NCBI GenBank assembly: GCA_030265395.1
Contig: JARFYF010000061.1
Location: 15,307,142 to 15,371,141, forward strand
DNA from: Rhina ancylostomus
Lineage: Eukaryota
Reading direction: 5' to 3'
DNA length: 64,000 nt
A program made the translations under genes and the position numbers. The notes below the pieces were generated by a model. It was not told the origin of the DNA, ran no database searches, and saw nothing but the letters and a program-made list of their open reading frames with translations. Positions 50,408 to 62,969 of this stretch are shown here, piece by piece. Numbering within the stretch: position 1 is the first letter of the stretch; each line of letters begins with the position of its first letter.

Positions 50408-53400
50408 AATATTCGGTGTTAATATTATCCTGGAATATATAGTCTTGGAATACATGACCAGAGTATAGAGGGCTAATATGACTTTTCACCATTCTTTTGT
50501 TATGCTAATGCAAATGGATGACTCATTGAAGGTAATGGAGCCAAGCTTCTGCCAAGATCCAGGTGGATCTGCCAACAGACATGCCTGTAACTGGGCTGTT
50601 CCCAAGTGAAAGCTGCAGCACAGCATTCTACTCAGCAGAGGAAACATTTGTACTGGAACCCAGCAGGGTAGTGCAAACTTCCACTCATTTCCCAGTCCTG
50701 AGGCTGGGAAATATGCCCATTGAACTTGGCACAAGTACAGCAGGCCCACTAAAATGAATGGAAGAAATAAGCTACTAGGGGAAAGTTAAGCAAAGTATTT
50801 TATTTGATTTAATTAAGTTAGTTAACATTTGTATACATGGTGTGGTTTTAGCTTTCTTTGTTGAAATAATTTTCAATTTTTGACAATATTTTTTGACAGG
50901 TTTTGAATGATTCTGAATGTTTGTGAATGTCAAAGGCATCAGCAAACATTCAACTGAAGCAATCTTTGACTGCAGATGACTCCAGCACCAGTGCCTCACT
51001 GACCGTCAAAGAAGTTCTGTTGGTGCAATTTATGCTGGGAAAGGTCTTTTCCTGTACTGGACTGTGCTGATGATTGGGAAGCTGACTGACACCACTGCAG
51101 AAGAAACAGTATGGTCCAAGCTATAGATAGCCAACAACCTTTGAGTAGTGGATGATCTATCTCAATTCTTTACTCACCTTTCCTCCAGTCAGTGGAGCCC
51201 TAGACCATTCAATATGCTAAATATGGTTCTGGTACCAAAATAGAAAGAGACTATTTGAACTAGAAAGTGCTAAATTTATGAAGCAAGTAACCTTCAGATA
51301 AATGAATGAATTTTCATGGAGGAACCACAACAACTGTTGAAATTTACTCAAAGATTATTTAAATGCTTTGAGTAGTGCACTCTCACACATATTTAGAAAT
51401 TTCCCCAACAAGAATTAAAAAGACAAACTTGTCCATGGAAATGATGGGAGCTGGGTAAATTCCCCAAGTCCAAATTTTGCCTTTATTCAGAACAAGAGGT
51501 TTCAGTAACAAAATAAAAGGATGAACATTAAGTTCTGGAGTTCGAAGAAAATCGCATTAAAGAGCCAAGCTGAAATTATCACTAGTAGCATACGGTGTGG
51601 AGTTGGCAAAGCAGCAAAGACTAGTTAAAAGAGAAAAAAGTGTAGTCATTTTAAAAAGCTGCTCAGATAGCCCCACGATTCTATCTGCCGAATCTTCTTT
51701 ACTTGGAAAGGAAATGGTCCACCCTGCCAGATGAACTACCTGGGTAATCTCCAAGTCTCAAATAGGTCATTTTGCTTACAGTCGCTCAGCTTGCTCAAAG
51801 CTCATTACTTGTGGATTAGCAACATAGAAAGTACAAGGTAACACCTCGTCAGGTTTCTCATTTCTGAGAAATGTCAGCGTACTCTTTCCTCAGTATGATG
51901 CTTTACTGAGATTGCTGACAATCAGACATCTTAATCAACCTGGAAGTCCCATAATTGGTATAATCCTGTACCACTGTTGGCAGGATTTAACAGCAAGGCA
52001 ACACCACTAATTACAATTTACTTCTTAATTGCTCAACAGTACTGGCTTCTGGTGAATAGTAAGGCAGTGCTGTTAAAGGCATCACAGTGAAATGTTTACT
52101 CCATGTTCGACAATCTTTTGATCTGCAGTGCTTCCCCACAAGATGGTTCTCTTAGAAATTAGCATGAGATTAAATCCCTGTATTCCAGTCACACCTGAGA
52201 CTCAGTTTTAAGTTCATGGACCAGCTAATTCATATACTGTTATTAATAGTCAATCTATAGTGATCTCTGCCCAAGTGAATGTTGACTCAGTGATTAAAAA
52301 CCTGTGAACAAATTAGTTCTTCATACTTTACCAGGAGAAGTGAATTAAGGGGAATAGGATAACACAGTGGAATGTTAGGGCATTTCCGATTAAAAATTTG
52401 GCACACTGGTATCTAGAAGATCATTTACAGCCATGACTGACAGTGGTCATACCCAACATAAATTATTATTTTACCTGAAGTTGATTCCCATCAGTGAATA
52501 ATGATTTGGTTTGAACCATTCAAAATGGTATTGTTATTTCCATAGTGGGTACAAGGCTGCTATCTTTGTGAGTCAGNNNNNNNNNNNNNNNNNNNNNNNN
52601 NNNNNNNNNNNNNNNNNNNNNNNNNNNNNNNNNNNNNNNNNNNNNNNNNNNNNNNNNNNNNNNNNNNNNNNNNNNNNNNNNNNNNNNNNNNNNNNNNNNN
52701 NNNNNNNNNNNNNNNNNNNNNNNNNNNCATGGAATCCATGTGCTGGACAACAAGGCATTAATGGAGCCAAATTGAGGGCCAGAACTCAGAACCATGACAC
52801 TTCAGTACTGTCTGAAATTGGGCATTCAAAATCATTGAAAGCTGACCATTGCAGCAGTAGAGGCTGTGCATTTATTTTAACATGTGTGGTCAGACCATTT
52901 TTGGATGACAGTTTATAAACTGTGACCAGATAAGCAGTGAGGTAGCAAGGTATCTTGTCAGATGTCACCTGAAGCTATTGCCAGTACAACACAATTGTGG
53001 AACCTAAATGACAAAATAAGTTAGGCAGATTGAACAGGTCTTTTTTGGTTCTTATAACTTTTGAGGATTTTCCACTGTGGTTCTGAAGAATAAGTCTGGT
53101 GGGATTCCTTTCTCAAGAATTCAAAGTTTGTGGATTGCAATCTCAGGGGATATGATTGGATTGTATCAGGTGACACCCACTGCCTGATCAAGTAGAACAC
53201 CAACAACTTGCATGAGCCATTAGCACTTCAGAAACATTATATAGTGACTTCTTGCTCATGCCTGCCAGAAATTCTGATGCCTGGATGTGCTGGGGTATAG
53301 TTGGTCCTTGGAAGTGGGTGAGAGATGCCCAGGGCATATTTTGCCAGGCATAAAACACATCAGTGGAGACCATAAATGATCTTCTGGATCCAGGTATGCC

Positions 53401-55994
53401 ACATTTTCTCAGTACATTTGAAGTCACATACAAACTGTGTCCTGATTGGACCATGGAAGAAGGGATATCCTGCCACCAGCTCCAGAATGACAATCTTGTC
53501 TTGTAAGTACCAGAGAAGAGACTCCTGCAAAAGGCCAAAGAAAAAGTCTGTAATGTGAATAATAAGCAAGGTGCCTTCTTTGTGCCACCAATAGTAAACA
53601 CATTGCTTTTGAAGGAATGAAATGAGGAAAGTTTTTACAAGATCAGTTGATTTCAGAACAGCAGCATGGTGCCTCTACAGACAAGTAGGCAGGATGGGAA
53701 GAACTGGAAGTTGATCATGATTCCTATTCCTAACCCCATGCTGGGACCCTCACTGACACTTGTGCATTATAAAGGTGAGGACAGGATGAGTGCTTGAGCT
53801 GCCTTGGACCTGCCATTGCTCTGTTGGAAGCATAGGTAAGGTTGCACATTCCCCCACAACCTCTCACTGTCTTACAACAATAGTAAATAGCTCAAGCAAA
53901 ATCAGTGACACCCTCTCAGTTCAGAGGGGAGATGGCAATTTTGAGAAAGTAACAGAGAGTGGCTTGCTGCTGTGGAAAACCCGTTGGGAGGACCAATTCC
54001 TGGCATTCCTCAACCTCTCTGGGAGGCTTATGGTGGGGTGCACTGTCCGAGGCCACCCACCAACTGGCCACCAAAAACCAATGGAAGAATTTTTGCAATG
54101 GCAAAACGTTGAATTATACCTCTGCTCATTTTAACAGTTGGATATAGGTTCATCTGATGAGTGAACTGTACGAAGATAATTCTCCAAGGTGCAATCTTCT
54201 AACTGGTTTTGAGTGGCAGCTAAGGCAGTGAATTCTGTCAAAACCTCTTTGTAATATGAACTATGACAAACTGCCTGATTCATCAAGGTTATTGGTTAGT
54301 CTAACAATATCCTCCATTATAACAACAACATTACAGGACACGAGGGAAGCGATTTTCACGTTGAACCACAATGAATATATGCAGTGTGTGACTGTGGCAA
54401 TGGGCTAAACAAAAAAAGTGCAGGCAAAATCAGACCTTATTTCTCAACAGTCACTAATTACAAGCAGGACCCAGATATTTCAATGTTTATCAATAAATTG
54501 TGTGTTATTTTGTTTCTATGTAATACAAATATGTGAAAAAAGCCATGGCATTACTCAAACAATAGCAGTCCCCCTTATTTTCTTTAGTTCATTTATGCAT
54601 GGATTGATTACTAAATTGTGATACACAATCTTCAGATGGAACTCACTGCTCTCCTTTGCATTATTATGATGTCCTAAAGATATCAGCAGGGAGGATTTTC
54701 TCTAAGTACCATTTGCATCTCAGTTTGGGAGCTTGCTTCACACGTTTCTCAGAATAAATCTAACTTGCAAGAGAAATGGGAAGTTTCATGTACACTGTTT
54801 CTGTTGATCACTGAATTTATCCCACTAAACAGGACCTTCATAAAGGGTTAGCTGAATGCCTCAAGTACATTAAAGGGTTAAGCAATTCCAGTGACTGATG
54901 CAGAATACCCGAATGAAAGGGTATTCAAGAAAGCAGACAATGTTTTCTCACCGTACATTTATTCACTACACCATGATAACTTATTTATGATGTACTACGG
55001 GGCATTTTTTTAAAAACAATTGCCTATAGTTTTCTCCCATGACAGCTGACCCCAGGCCATGCTCCATGCTGGCAGTATATCTCCACATGGCTTTTCTTTG
55101 AAGGTGTACTCAGAGGATTTGCCACTTTGACTATTTACCTCTCAGACTCCACCTGCCTAAAGTAAATTTGGCATCAGTGCCTGGTAAATTCTTCAAAGCC
55201 ATTCCTACTTAACTTGTATTATTTCACCATGGATAGAACAGAAGTCCCTTTATACATGAATAACCCTACTGCCACATTTTCCGAAAAGATATGATGTAGT
55301 ATATAACTCAAAACATATTGATATGAATAAAAAAAATTGAATACAAATGTTGAGGGATTGATGCAAACATCCAATTGAATTAGTTGTTCAATGAAGGTAT
55401 CTATGTTTAGCTATTTTAGATGTGAAAGAAGGTCTTATTAGTTAATCCTGTTCATAAATGCTGTAATATTGCTTTAAAACAGAGTTGAAAATGCCAAATA
55501 CAGTTATTTCATGATCATAAATATGTGGGAGCAATGGTTTTTGAGGTGAATATAATTGATGAAGGTTTACCTTTCACCTCTATACTGATGACCTCTGTTA
55601 CACAACAATGCAGCTTGGCCTGGGACCCTTGACCTGTGAAGAATGACAACTCATATAGCAACTTGTACCAGTGGGGATGCTTCATCACGGTTACGTGACA
55701 GATGCCAAGTTATTAAATACTTGATCACAGATCCACAAAATGCTGGGGTTAAAAATCATGCAAATTTCATATTTTAGAACTTCATTGGTATAATAATCCA
55801 AAGCATTGCCACCAATTGACACATTACTCACCACAATGCTGGAACAAAGCTACATATTTTCCAAAGACAGAATTAGCCAACATTACTACTAAAATGTGCC
55901 CTCTTCCTACATGCTCTCCTGTAGGAGGGAAGCTTTCTCAAGAGTGGGATGAGATGAAAGTCTATGTTAGCACTTGATAAAAGTCAATGTTGTG

Positions 55995-56293
55995 AGGTCA
56001 TGCATTTGAGGTGAGAGGGTGGTCAAGTTCAAAGGAGATGTGAGAGGCAGGTATTTTCTTCCCCCTCACACAGAGAGTGGTGGGTGCTTGGAATGCACCG
56101 TTGGGGTGGTAGTGGAGGCAAATATGACAGAGGTGTTTAAGAGGCACTTAGATAAGCAGACGAATGTGTGGAGAATGGAGGGATATGGGCGTTGTGTAGG
56201 GAAAAGGGATTCATTTAGTTAGGCATTTCATTAGTTCAGCACAACATCATAGGCTGACGGCCCTGTTCCTGTGCTGTGCTGTTCTGTGTTCAA
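55995..56293 (+). mobile_element. CR1 3' end
   Basis: ORF 56019-56222 reads KFKGDVRGRYF...VVVEANMTEVFKRHLDK. The tail is cctgttcctgtgctgtgctgttctgtgttc. Confidence 0.88.
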
Positions 56294-56629
56294 TGTCACT
56301 TGGATGGAAAGTACAAATACTGCAGGTAAAATATAAATTAGATGCAATCTTGATTCAAGAAGGATCCTGAGGCCTTGCCCCACTGATGGCCTTGATGCTA
56401 CTTTGGCAGCTCATATTGTCACAAGCCTTTTCCACAGTTTATAACTGTAGGCCCGGGACAACTTATTGCAGTCATAATTATCAGGTTGGACTTCTCATTG
56501 TTGCATGCAATATACATGCGAAGAACATATCAGGAATCTCTCAAACTTGACTCTTGTAGTTCTTGTACTCGCTGGAACATTACAGTTCTTTGGATGACAT
56601 TAGTAGTATTTTAAAGCATCCTTGTGTCT

Positions 56630-56737
56630 AAGCTAAAAGCAGAACCGGGAATTGCAGGGAAGACTCTGGGGATCAGAGAACTTCTATGGAGAGAAAATAA
56701 GCTTCATATTTCAGGTTAATGACCTTTCATCAGTTGA
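56630..56737 (-). mobile_element. Penelope pLTR tip, second subfamily, with hammerhead core
   Basis: Minus strand 56733-56701 reads CTGATGA-A-AGGT-CATTA-ACCT-GAAA-TATG-AAGC. Confidence 0.55.
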
Positions 56738-57544
56738 ATGGACAATGTGGTGCAGTGGTTAAATGGTTAGAGGTGTGGAATTTAAGTTCAGATAATAATC
56801 TGGAATTGGAACTCTTAAAAAAAAACGCAAAGGACTTCTGCACACGTTAGACATCCCATTCACTGAAGGACACTTTGTCCTGTTAATGTTTGAACCCCAA
56901 CTCAAACTATCCCAAACCTATTAAAAAATGCAATTTTGAAAAATATTGAGCTGATTCTATTGTTATAGAGGAGATTACTAGTAAAACACCATTTATTTAT
57001 ATCAATGCAGTGTTATTAAAATATACTCAGTTCAAGAATGTCTGAAAGAAAGCATATTTTTGGACTTTAACCCCACAACATTTGCCCATTCCCTCTTAAC
57101 CCAGTGTGCTGACTGAAAGACGCACCACTGATATACTCTCACATTGATTGCTGTATAATTAGATAGCAAATAATAGTAACTGCAGTTTCAACTGTCTGGC
57201 AACATTTTTCATCTTGGCCACTATTCAGGAATCATGATAAAGGGCAAACGTAATTGAAATATTACTGGACAGCAGGGTTTAGGATGCCAGCTGTTGTCCA
57301 AAAATGCCAACAGACTTGTATCAAAGCAATCAGTAAGTGGGCAGCTCAGCAAGAAGTTATTCAGCCTATCAAACCGTACAAAGACCTCCTCACTAACATC
57401 TGTTCCCTGGTGCCTCCATCACCATCACCGAAGATGTTTTATCCCACCGGCACAGCAGATTCACTGGAGGCACCAGCACCCTGATCACTATTGACCCTGA
57501 ACCTCAGGAAGCACCGTGGCATTAGATCAAATACAGGCAAAGGA

Positions 57545-57945
57545 ACAAGAACAGAGAATACTATAAGCACTCAGCAGGTCAAGCCCAACCTGTGAGGAGA
57601 GAAACAGAGTCGGCATTTTGNNNNNNNNNNNNNNNNNNNNNNNNNNNNNNNNNNNNNNNNNNNNNNNNNNNNNNNNNNNNNNNNNNNNNNNNNNNNNNNN
57701 NNNNNNNNNNNNNNNNNNNNAGAGTCGGCATTTTGGGTCAAGGACCTGTCATCAGAACTGGAAGAGTGAAAAACCAGCAGGTTTTAAGTTGCAGAGGGGA
57801 CAGGATATAGAAAACAAGTGGAATGTCTGTGATGGGGGTGTGGGGGGGGTGGGGTGGTGGGGGCAGAGACCAAAATTGTTGAGGTAACAATCACTTTAAA
57901 GACCGGCAGTTAGAGATGTAAAAGAGGTAAAACAAAAACAAATTG
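57545..57945 (-). mobile_element. Penelope pLTR remnant (contains a gap); hammerhead-like motif at 57723-57760
   Basis: cactcagcaggtcaag...tgtgaggagagaaacagagtcggcattttgggtcaaggacctgtcatcagaactgg. Confidence 0.7.
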
Positions 57946-57949
57946 AAAC

Positions 57950-58640
57950 AGTGTCCTAGGACCAGCCATCTTCAACTGCTTCATCAGCAATCTTTCCTCT
58001 ATCATAAGATCAATAGTACAGATATTCATTAAACATGGCGTACAACTCTGTTCACAAAATATAAATGATGTCCAAGGCCTCTACAACAAGACCTGGACGT
58101 TATTCAGAGTTGGGCTGATAAACTCATTATGAAATTGTATCATCCTTCCACCATCAATATTTTGGAATGAACAAGAACATAAATGAATAAATAAGAAATA
58201 CAGTAACCACAAAAGTAGGTCAGATGTTCTGTGGCAAGTGACTTACCTCCAAGGTACAAGTCAAAGAAGGGAGAAGGAATATTCTCCACTTCCTGGATGA
58301 GTATAGCTCCAAGTTTAATGCCATCCAAGTTATAGCTCAGTGCACCAAGTTCGGAATGTGTAAAACTCACCAGATACCTTGTGTTAACATGCCAAGGCTT
58401 CTTCAGAAGCACCTTTCAAATCTACAGTCTCTGTCACCTGGGAGGACGAGGCCAGCATGTGCTTAGGACCAATTGCAAGGACCACTGATTTGAAAATGCA
58501 TCTCTATCCATTTTGGATATTTTGAAATGCCTCCTCTCATAACACTGCAGCAGTACTTTCACCACTGATACAGGAAGGCAATTCCAGTACATTTGGAAAT
58601 GGGTATTAAATGCTGGCCTTGCCAACAATGCCCACAACCA
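57950..58640 (+). mobile_element. Older CR1 subfamily, internally deleted
   Basis: gtgtcctaggaccagccatcttcaactgcttcatc (VLGPAIFNCFI), caacaagacctggac...tgggctgataa (QQDLD..WADK) and the tail aaatgctggccttgccaacaatgcccaca. Confidence 0.75.
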
Positions 58641-58661
58641 TTGGTAAAACATTGAAGCCAA

Positions 58662-59172
58662 AACTCTATAGCACAAGAACAGGCCCTATAGCCCATGATG
58701 TCTGTGCCGACTATGACACCAATCTCAATTAATCCCATCTGCCTGCATGTGTATCTCTCTGTTCCCTGCCTATTGATACATCTGTCTAAATGCCCCTTAA
58801 ACTTTGCTATCATATCTCCTTGTACCACCTCTCCTGGCAACACTTTCTAGACACCTACCACTGTCTGAGTAAAAAAACTTCAAGCTTTCCCCCTCTCAAC
58901 TTAAACCTCTGCCCTCTAGTATTTGACATTTCCATCCTGGGAGAAAGACTGACCATCTAACCTAGCCATGCCTCTCATAATCTTATGCACTTCTATCAGG
59001 TTGCCCCTCAGCCTCAGTTGCTCCAGAGAAGACAATCCAAGTTTGTCTAGGAACATCCTGATGAACCTCTTCCACACCATCTCCAAAGTCTCACCGTCCT
59101 TCCCATAGAATGGCGACCAGAACTACACACAATACTTCAAATGTGGCTTAACCAAAGTTTTATATAGCTGAA
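58662..59172 (-). mobile_element. CR1 3' end
   Basis: Minus-strand YKTLVKPHLKYCV*FWSPFYGKD...LRGNLIEVHKIMRG...LPGEVVQGDMIAKFKGHLDR. Confidence 0.9.
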
Positions 59173-59664
59173 TTATAAATATTCACCATGGTTGACTCAA
59201 AGTTGTCACTAGATTGTGAGGCTGCAAGACTAGATGTGTGAGTACGTCCTCCCCGAACAGACAGAACAGTTAGCCCACTTCCTTGTCTTGCCCTTAGCTA
59301 TGCAGATTTTTCCTTTTCAATTTTACCAGCAATTCCCAGCAGAAAATTACTGAAGAATCTGTTTAGTTTGCTTCATGCATTTCATTCCAGATCATAAAAC
59401 TCTGTGTGTGTGTGTAAAAAAATAATGGTTCTTTTGCCAATTACTTTAAATCTGTGTCCTCTGAAAGCAGTTTCTCCTTGAAACTATATTTGTGTCCACC
59501 TTTTCTTTCACGGCTACATTTAATCTCAAAACAATTCCATTTATGATATGACCAAATAAATTGTTTAAATTTGGACTTTGAAATGGTGAAAGACCAGCCC
59601 TAAAAGCACCAATCAGCCAATAAAATTGCAGTTTTAATATGTTCATCCGGGATGTTATATTTGA

Positions 59665-59998
59665 TTACAACATAGAAGGAGGCCACATGGCCTATCAAGC
59701 CTCTGCTGGTTCTCAGAAATGTCCCAGCAGTTCCATTCCTCCACTGAGCTCCATGCAACCTTTCCTCCCTCACAGGGCCATCAAGTCTTCTGCCACTGAA
59801 CCACACTCAGGGTAACTTACAGCAGCCAATTAATCTACCAGCAGCTCTTTGGGTTATGGGAGGAAACAGGAACGCCCAGGGAAACCCACATAGTCACAGA
59901 GAGAATGTGCAGGCTCTGCACAAACAGTAAGGTCAGCATCAAAGCCAGTCACTGGAGTGGTACAACAGCAGCATTGGAGGCTGTGCCACTCAGCTGCG
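59665..59998 (-). mobile_element. Older V-domain SINE
   Basis: tgggaggaaacaggaacgcccagggaaacccacatagtcacagagagaatgtgc (antisense V-domain). Confidence 0.75.
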
Positions 59999-60184
59999 GC
60001 TTAGAAACATCTGAAGGAAAAGTCTTTTGGATCTCTCAACAAAAATTATAGGCTACAATGCAGACACCAAATAACACTATAAGGGAAAGGAAGTGGGGAA
60101 GGAATGGTAAATGAGAACATTAGTACACAAGAGCAAACAAAGTACAAGGGTGGGATTTACTCTGCCTATGTGAGGGAATACACC

Positions 60185-60268
60185 AGGAAAGGACATCATT
60201 GGCTACAAAATGATTTGAAACATCCTGAGGCACAAAAGGTGAAATTTAATTAAAAACTCTTCTTTTTC
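60185..60268 (+). mobile_element. Deu-SINE/L2-type 3' tail
   Basis: cattggctacaaaatgatttgaaacatcctgaggcacaaaaggtg...tcttcttt. Confidence 0.45.
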
Positions 60269-62799
60269 ACCTATACTACTTCACAATGTTCCTTGTCCTC
60301 ACTTCAATGGGTAGAAAATTATGCAGCTGTGACAGTGGATGTGGGGATATTCTCAAATTGTTGCAGTGTTCAATTCCATTCACAACTTCTCAGCTGATGA
60401 GGCAGTCCATACCTCTCTACAGAAACATGTGCAAAATGACTACAGTCCAAGAACATAGCCCTGATATTGGAATAACTTTCTTCCACTTGATTCAGATTTT
60501 TAAAAAAAGTCACCCTGATGATACTTGAATTTTGTTGAATATTGGCACTTTGAGGACTAGTTCATCTTTTGGCATTAAATTTTGTTCACTGTTTCCTTTT
60601 TTATTAATTCAGAACCTTCCGACTACGTAAGATAAAAAACTAACATCATGACGTATCCCTTTAATTCAATGAAAGGTGAGTTCTTTTGGTGTAACTCTTT
60701 GAGTGTGTATTCCATAATTTGACAAACTTACCAAGGTCCTAAATCTGACAGAATCCTACATTGGCTGGTTACTGTTGAACAGTCCATGTTTGGATAAAGT
60801 GGGATTTACTCAATAGTTTGGTTGTAAATTCAGACAACAACCTAAAATAATTGCTTACATTAGACTTGGGTTGTTAATAAACCACAAAAACAAGTACATA
60901 ACCCATTGTACAACAACTGACAAAGTGTTAACTTATATGCTCTAAACTAAACTTCAGACAATCTCCTTTTATTTTGGCTTGGCTTATAAATTGAAAACTC
61001 AACTTTAAGAAGGATTGGAATAGCACAGGTTGACTTTTCTGAATAGTAGTGTTGGAGAAATGTCTTTGAGAGGAAATAAATCTGTCTTTTTCGGTTGCTT
61101 GTTGCAGGGTGAGACCTTCTGACTTTATTATCCCTCTGATGTCGTCTCACCATCTGGTGCACGATTGGCCTTTTGCTTTCCATCCACTTTTTCATTCATT
61201 GTACACTCTGTGGGAGGTCAATCTCCCTCATTCTTTTTGGGGCTCATGCTACTTGCTGCCTTTTGAAGTAATGCCAGTAAAGTTGAATCCCTATTGCTTG
61301 TCAAGAATAACAATGGAAGGAATCATGGTTCCCCTACCCATTGGAAACAAGGCTACACACTTAAGATAGAGTGGACTTAGCTGCCATGATCTCCCACCTG
61401 TGGCAGGCAAGATCTTTGCTAAAACACCACCGCTATATGACTGGTGTTTTAACCACAGCCCCAGTGAGTAATCATTGACCCTCCCTATAGTATCCCAACA
61501 GCTGTTTGCACTTCCCATATCCCCACTTCCACCCTCCAACTGCTCGGATGGACAAGGTGCTTGACTGTGGTTCTTCCCAGGAGATAAAATTGGCCTTGAT
61601 ACTCCAATGAACTGAACATGTGTTCCTGAATTTCAAAAGTATTTACTCAAATGGCCTAAGGTGTTTTAAAATTACTTTTGCTAATTTAGTGATGCAAATT
61701 CAATTTTTAATATCCTACAATTTTACTGCCTAAAGGAAACAATCTTTGAACCCACCTTTTGGAGAATCATAGTCAGGCTTTGGACAATAAGAAACCCTAC
61801 AAACAGAATGGACAATGGAGCCTTGATCCCCAGACAGTGAAGTACATCTAATTGTTGAAGAAAGAAACTGAATTTTAAAACTACAAATATTGGTGTTATC
61901 TATACATTAACAAAAGCAATATTAATATTGTAAATGCAAATCAAAATAAGGGGAAATAGATAGGGAAAATAAAATACTTCTCTTCAATCTATTGGTTATT
62001 TTAGTACAAGATTGATATTACAGAAATAATGCTGCTACAGTAATGGAGAATCTTCTTTTCCTGTCATCTGGGGTTGTTTCAATGTCACAGCGTCAGCTGA
62101 ATTGGAAGCCCTCGCAGAATCTGGGTCAATGGAATTCTCTGGTGCTGCTGATGGTCCAGGGATTAAATTAGTCAATTACTTGTACAGAGATACTCAGAGC
62201 ATTGGTTCTTGTGCAAATCCTCATGTCCAGAATTTCAAGAAACATATGTGCTTGTTCAATTTATAAGAAAGACAGAACATTCCTCCAAGAAGGATTTTTT
62301 AAGACAGAATGCAAGCTTCATACAACATGGGTGTGAGATGCTAACTTTAACACCCACATTACAATTGCGAATAACATTTACCTAATTTTGGAAGCCCTGT
62401 TTTTTATATCCATAGTATAGTACATGGACAGAGACTCTGAACAGATTTCCCAACATCCACCTCCATTCGCTCCACTCAATCTCCAGTGCAGTATCCCGCT
62501 GCCACAATTTGTAGAATGGATCCTCAGAGTTTGATTACTAATCCTTTTCTCAAATCTACTGCTTCTACCTCAATATTGCCATTGTCAGACGAATTTACAC
62601 AAACAATGGTCTCTAACATATTGCTGGGACAAATTCTGTCTCTCTGTGACCCTGAATAAAAATACACACTGTCTTGGGGGAACAGGGTAATACCCACGGT
62701 ATATCTGAAACAGCAATATAACGAGGCACATTATATCAAGGATGCACTATAATTGGTCTAATTCCTATTTTAAGCACCTTTTAAGTAAAAGAAAATAAG

Positions 62800-62969
62800 C
62801 TGTAGTATGGTCATGGAGCAGTTAGTGCCAGTTCCTCACAGTTCTGGGGACACAGATTTAATCCTGACTTCCTGTTCTGTCTATTTAGAGTTTGCAGGTT
62901 CTCCCTGTGACTGCAGGTGCTTTGGTTTCCACCTATATCCCATAGAAGAGCTGCTAGGTCAATCAGCCA
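62800..62969 (+). mobile_element. V-domain SINE 5' part running into a gap
   Basis: cctcacagttctggggacacagatttaatcctgac...gagtttgcaggttctccctgtgactgc. Confidence 0.7.

Noticed and set aside
51782-51837. Possible 56-bp exon (ttttgcttacag...aag|gtaaca), with similar isolated splice-like sites near 19501 and 51178
   Set aside because: No recognisable peptide and no partner exons. Such sites occur often by chance.
53020-53601. Cluster of 60-137 aa ORFs with a faint resemblance to a Gypsy integrase zinc-binding region (HTWIQK..DVFY.W)
   Set aside because: The resemblance needs frame changes and lacks the CxxC and DDE motifs. It is not supportable without a profile search.
27873-61451. Short hairpins (acagagga/tcctctgt at 27873, tttctca/tgagaaa at 51854, taaaacacca/tggtgtttta near 61420)
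   Set aside because: Stems of 7-10 bp are expected by chance in 64 kb of AT-rich DNA.
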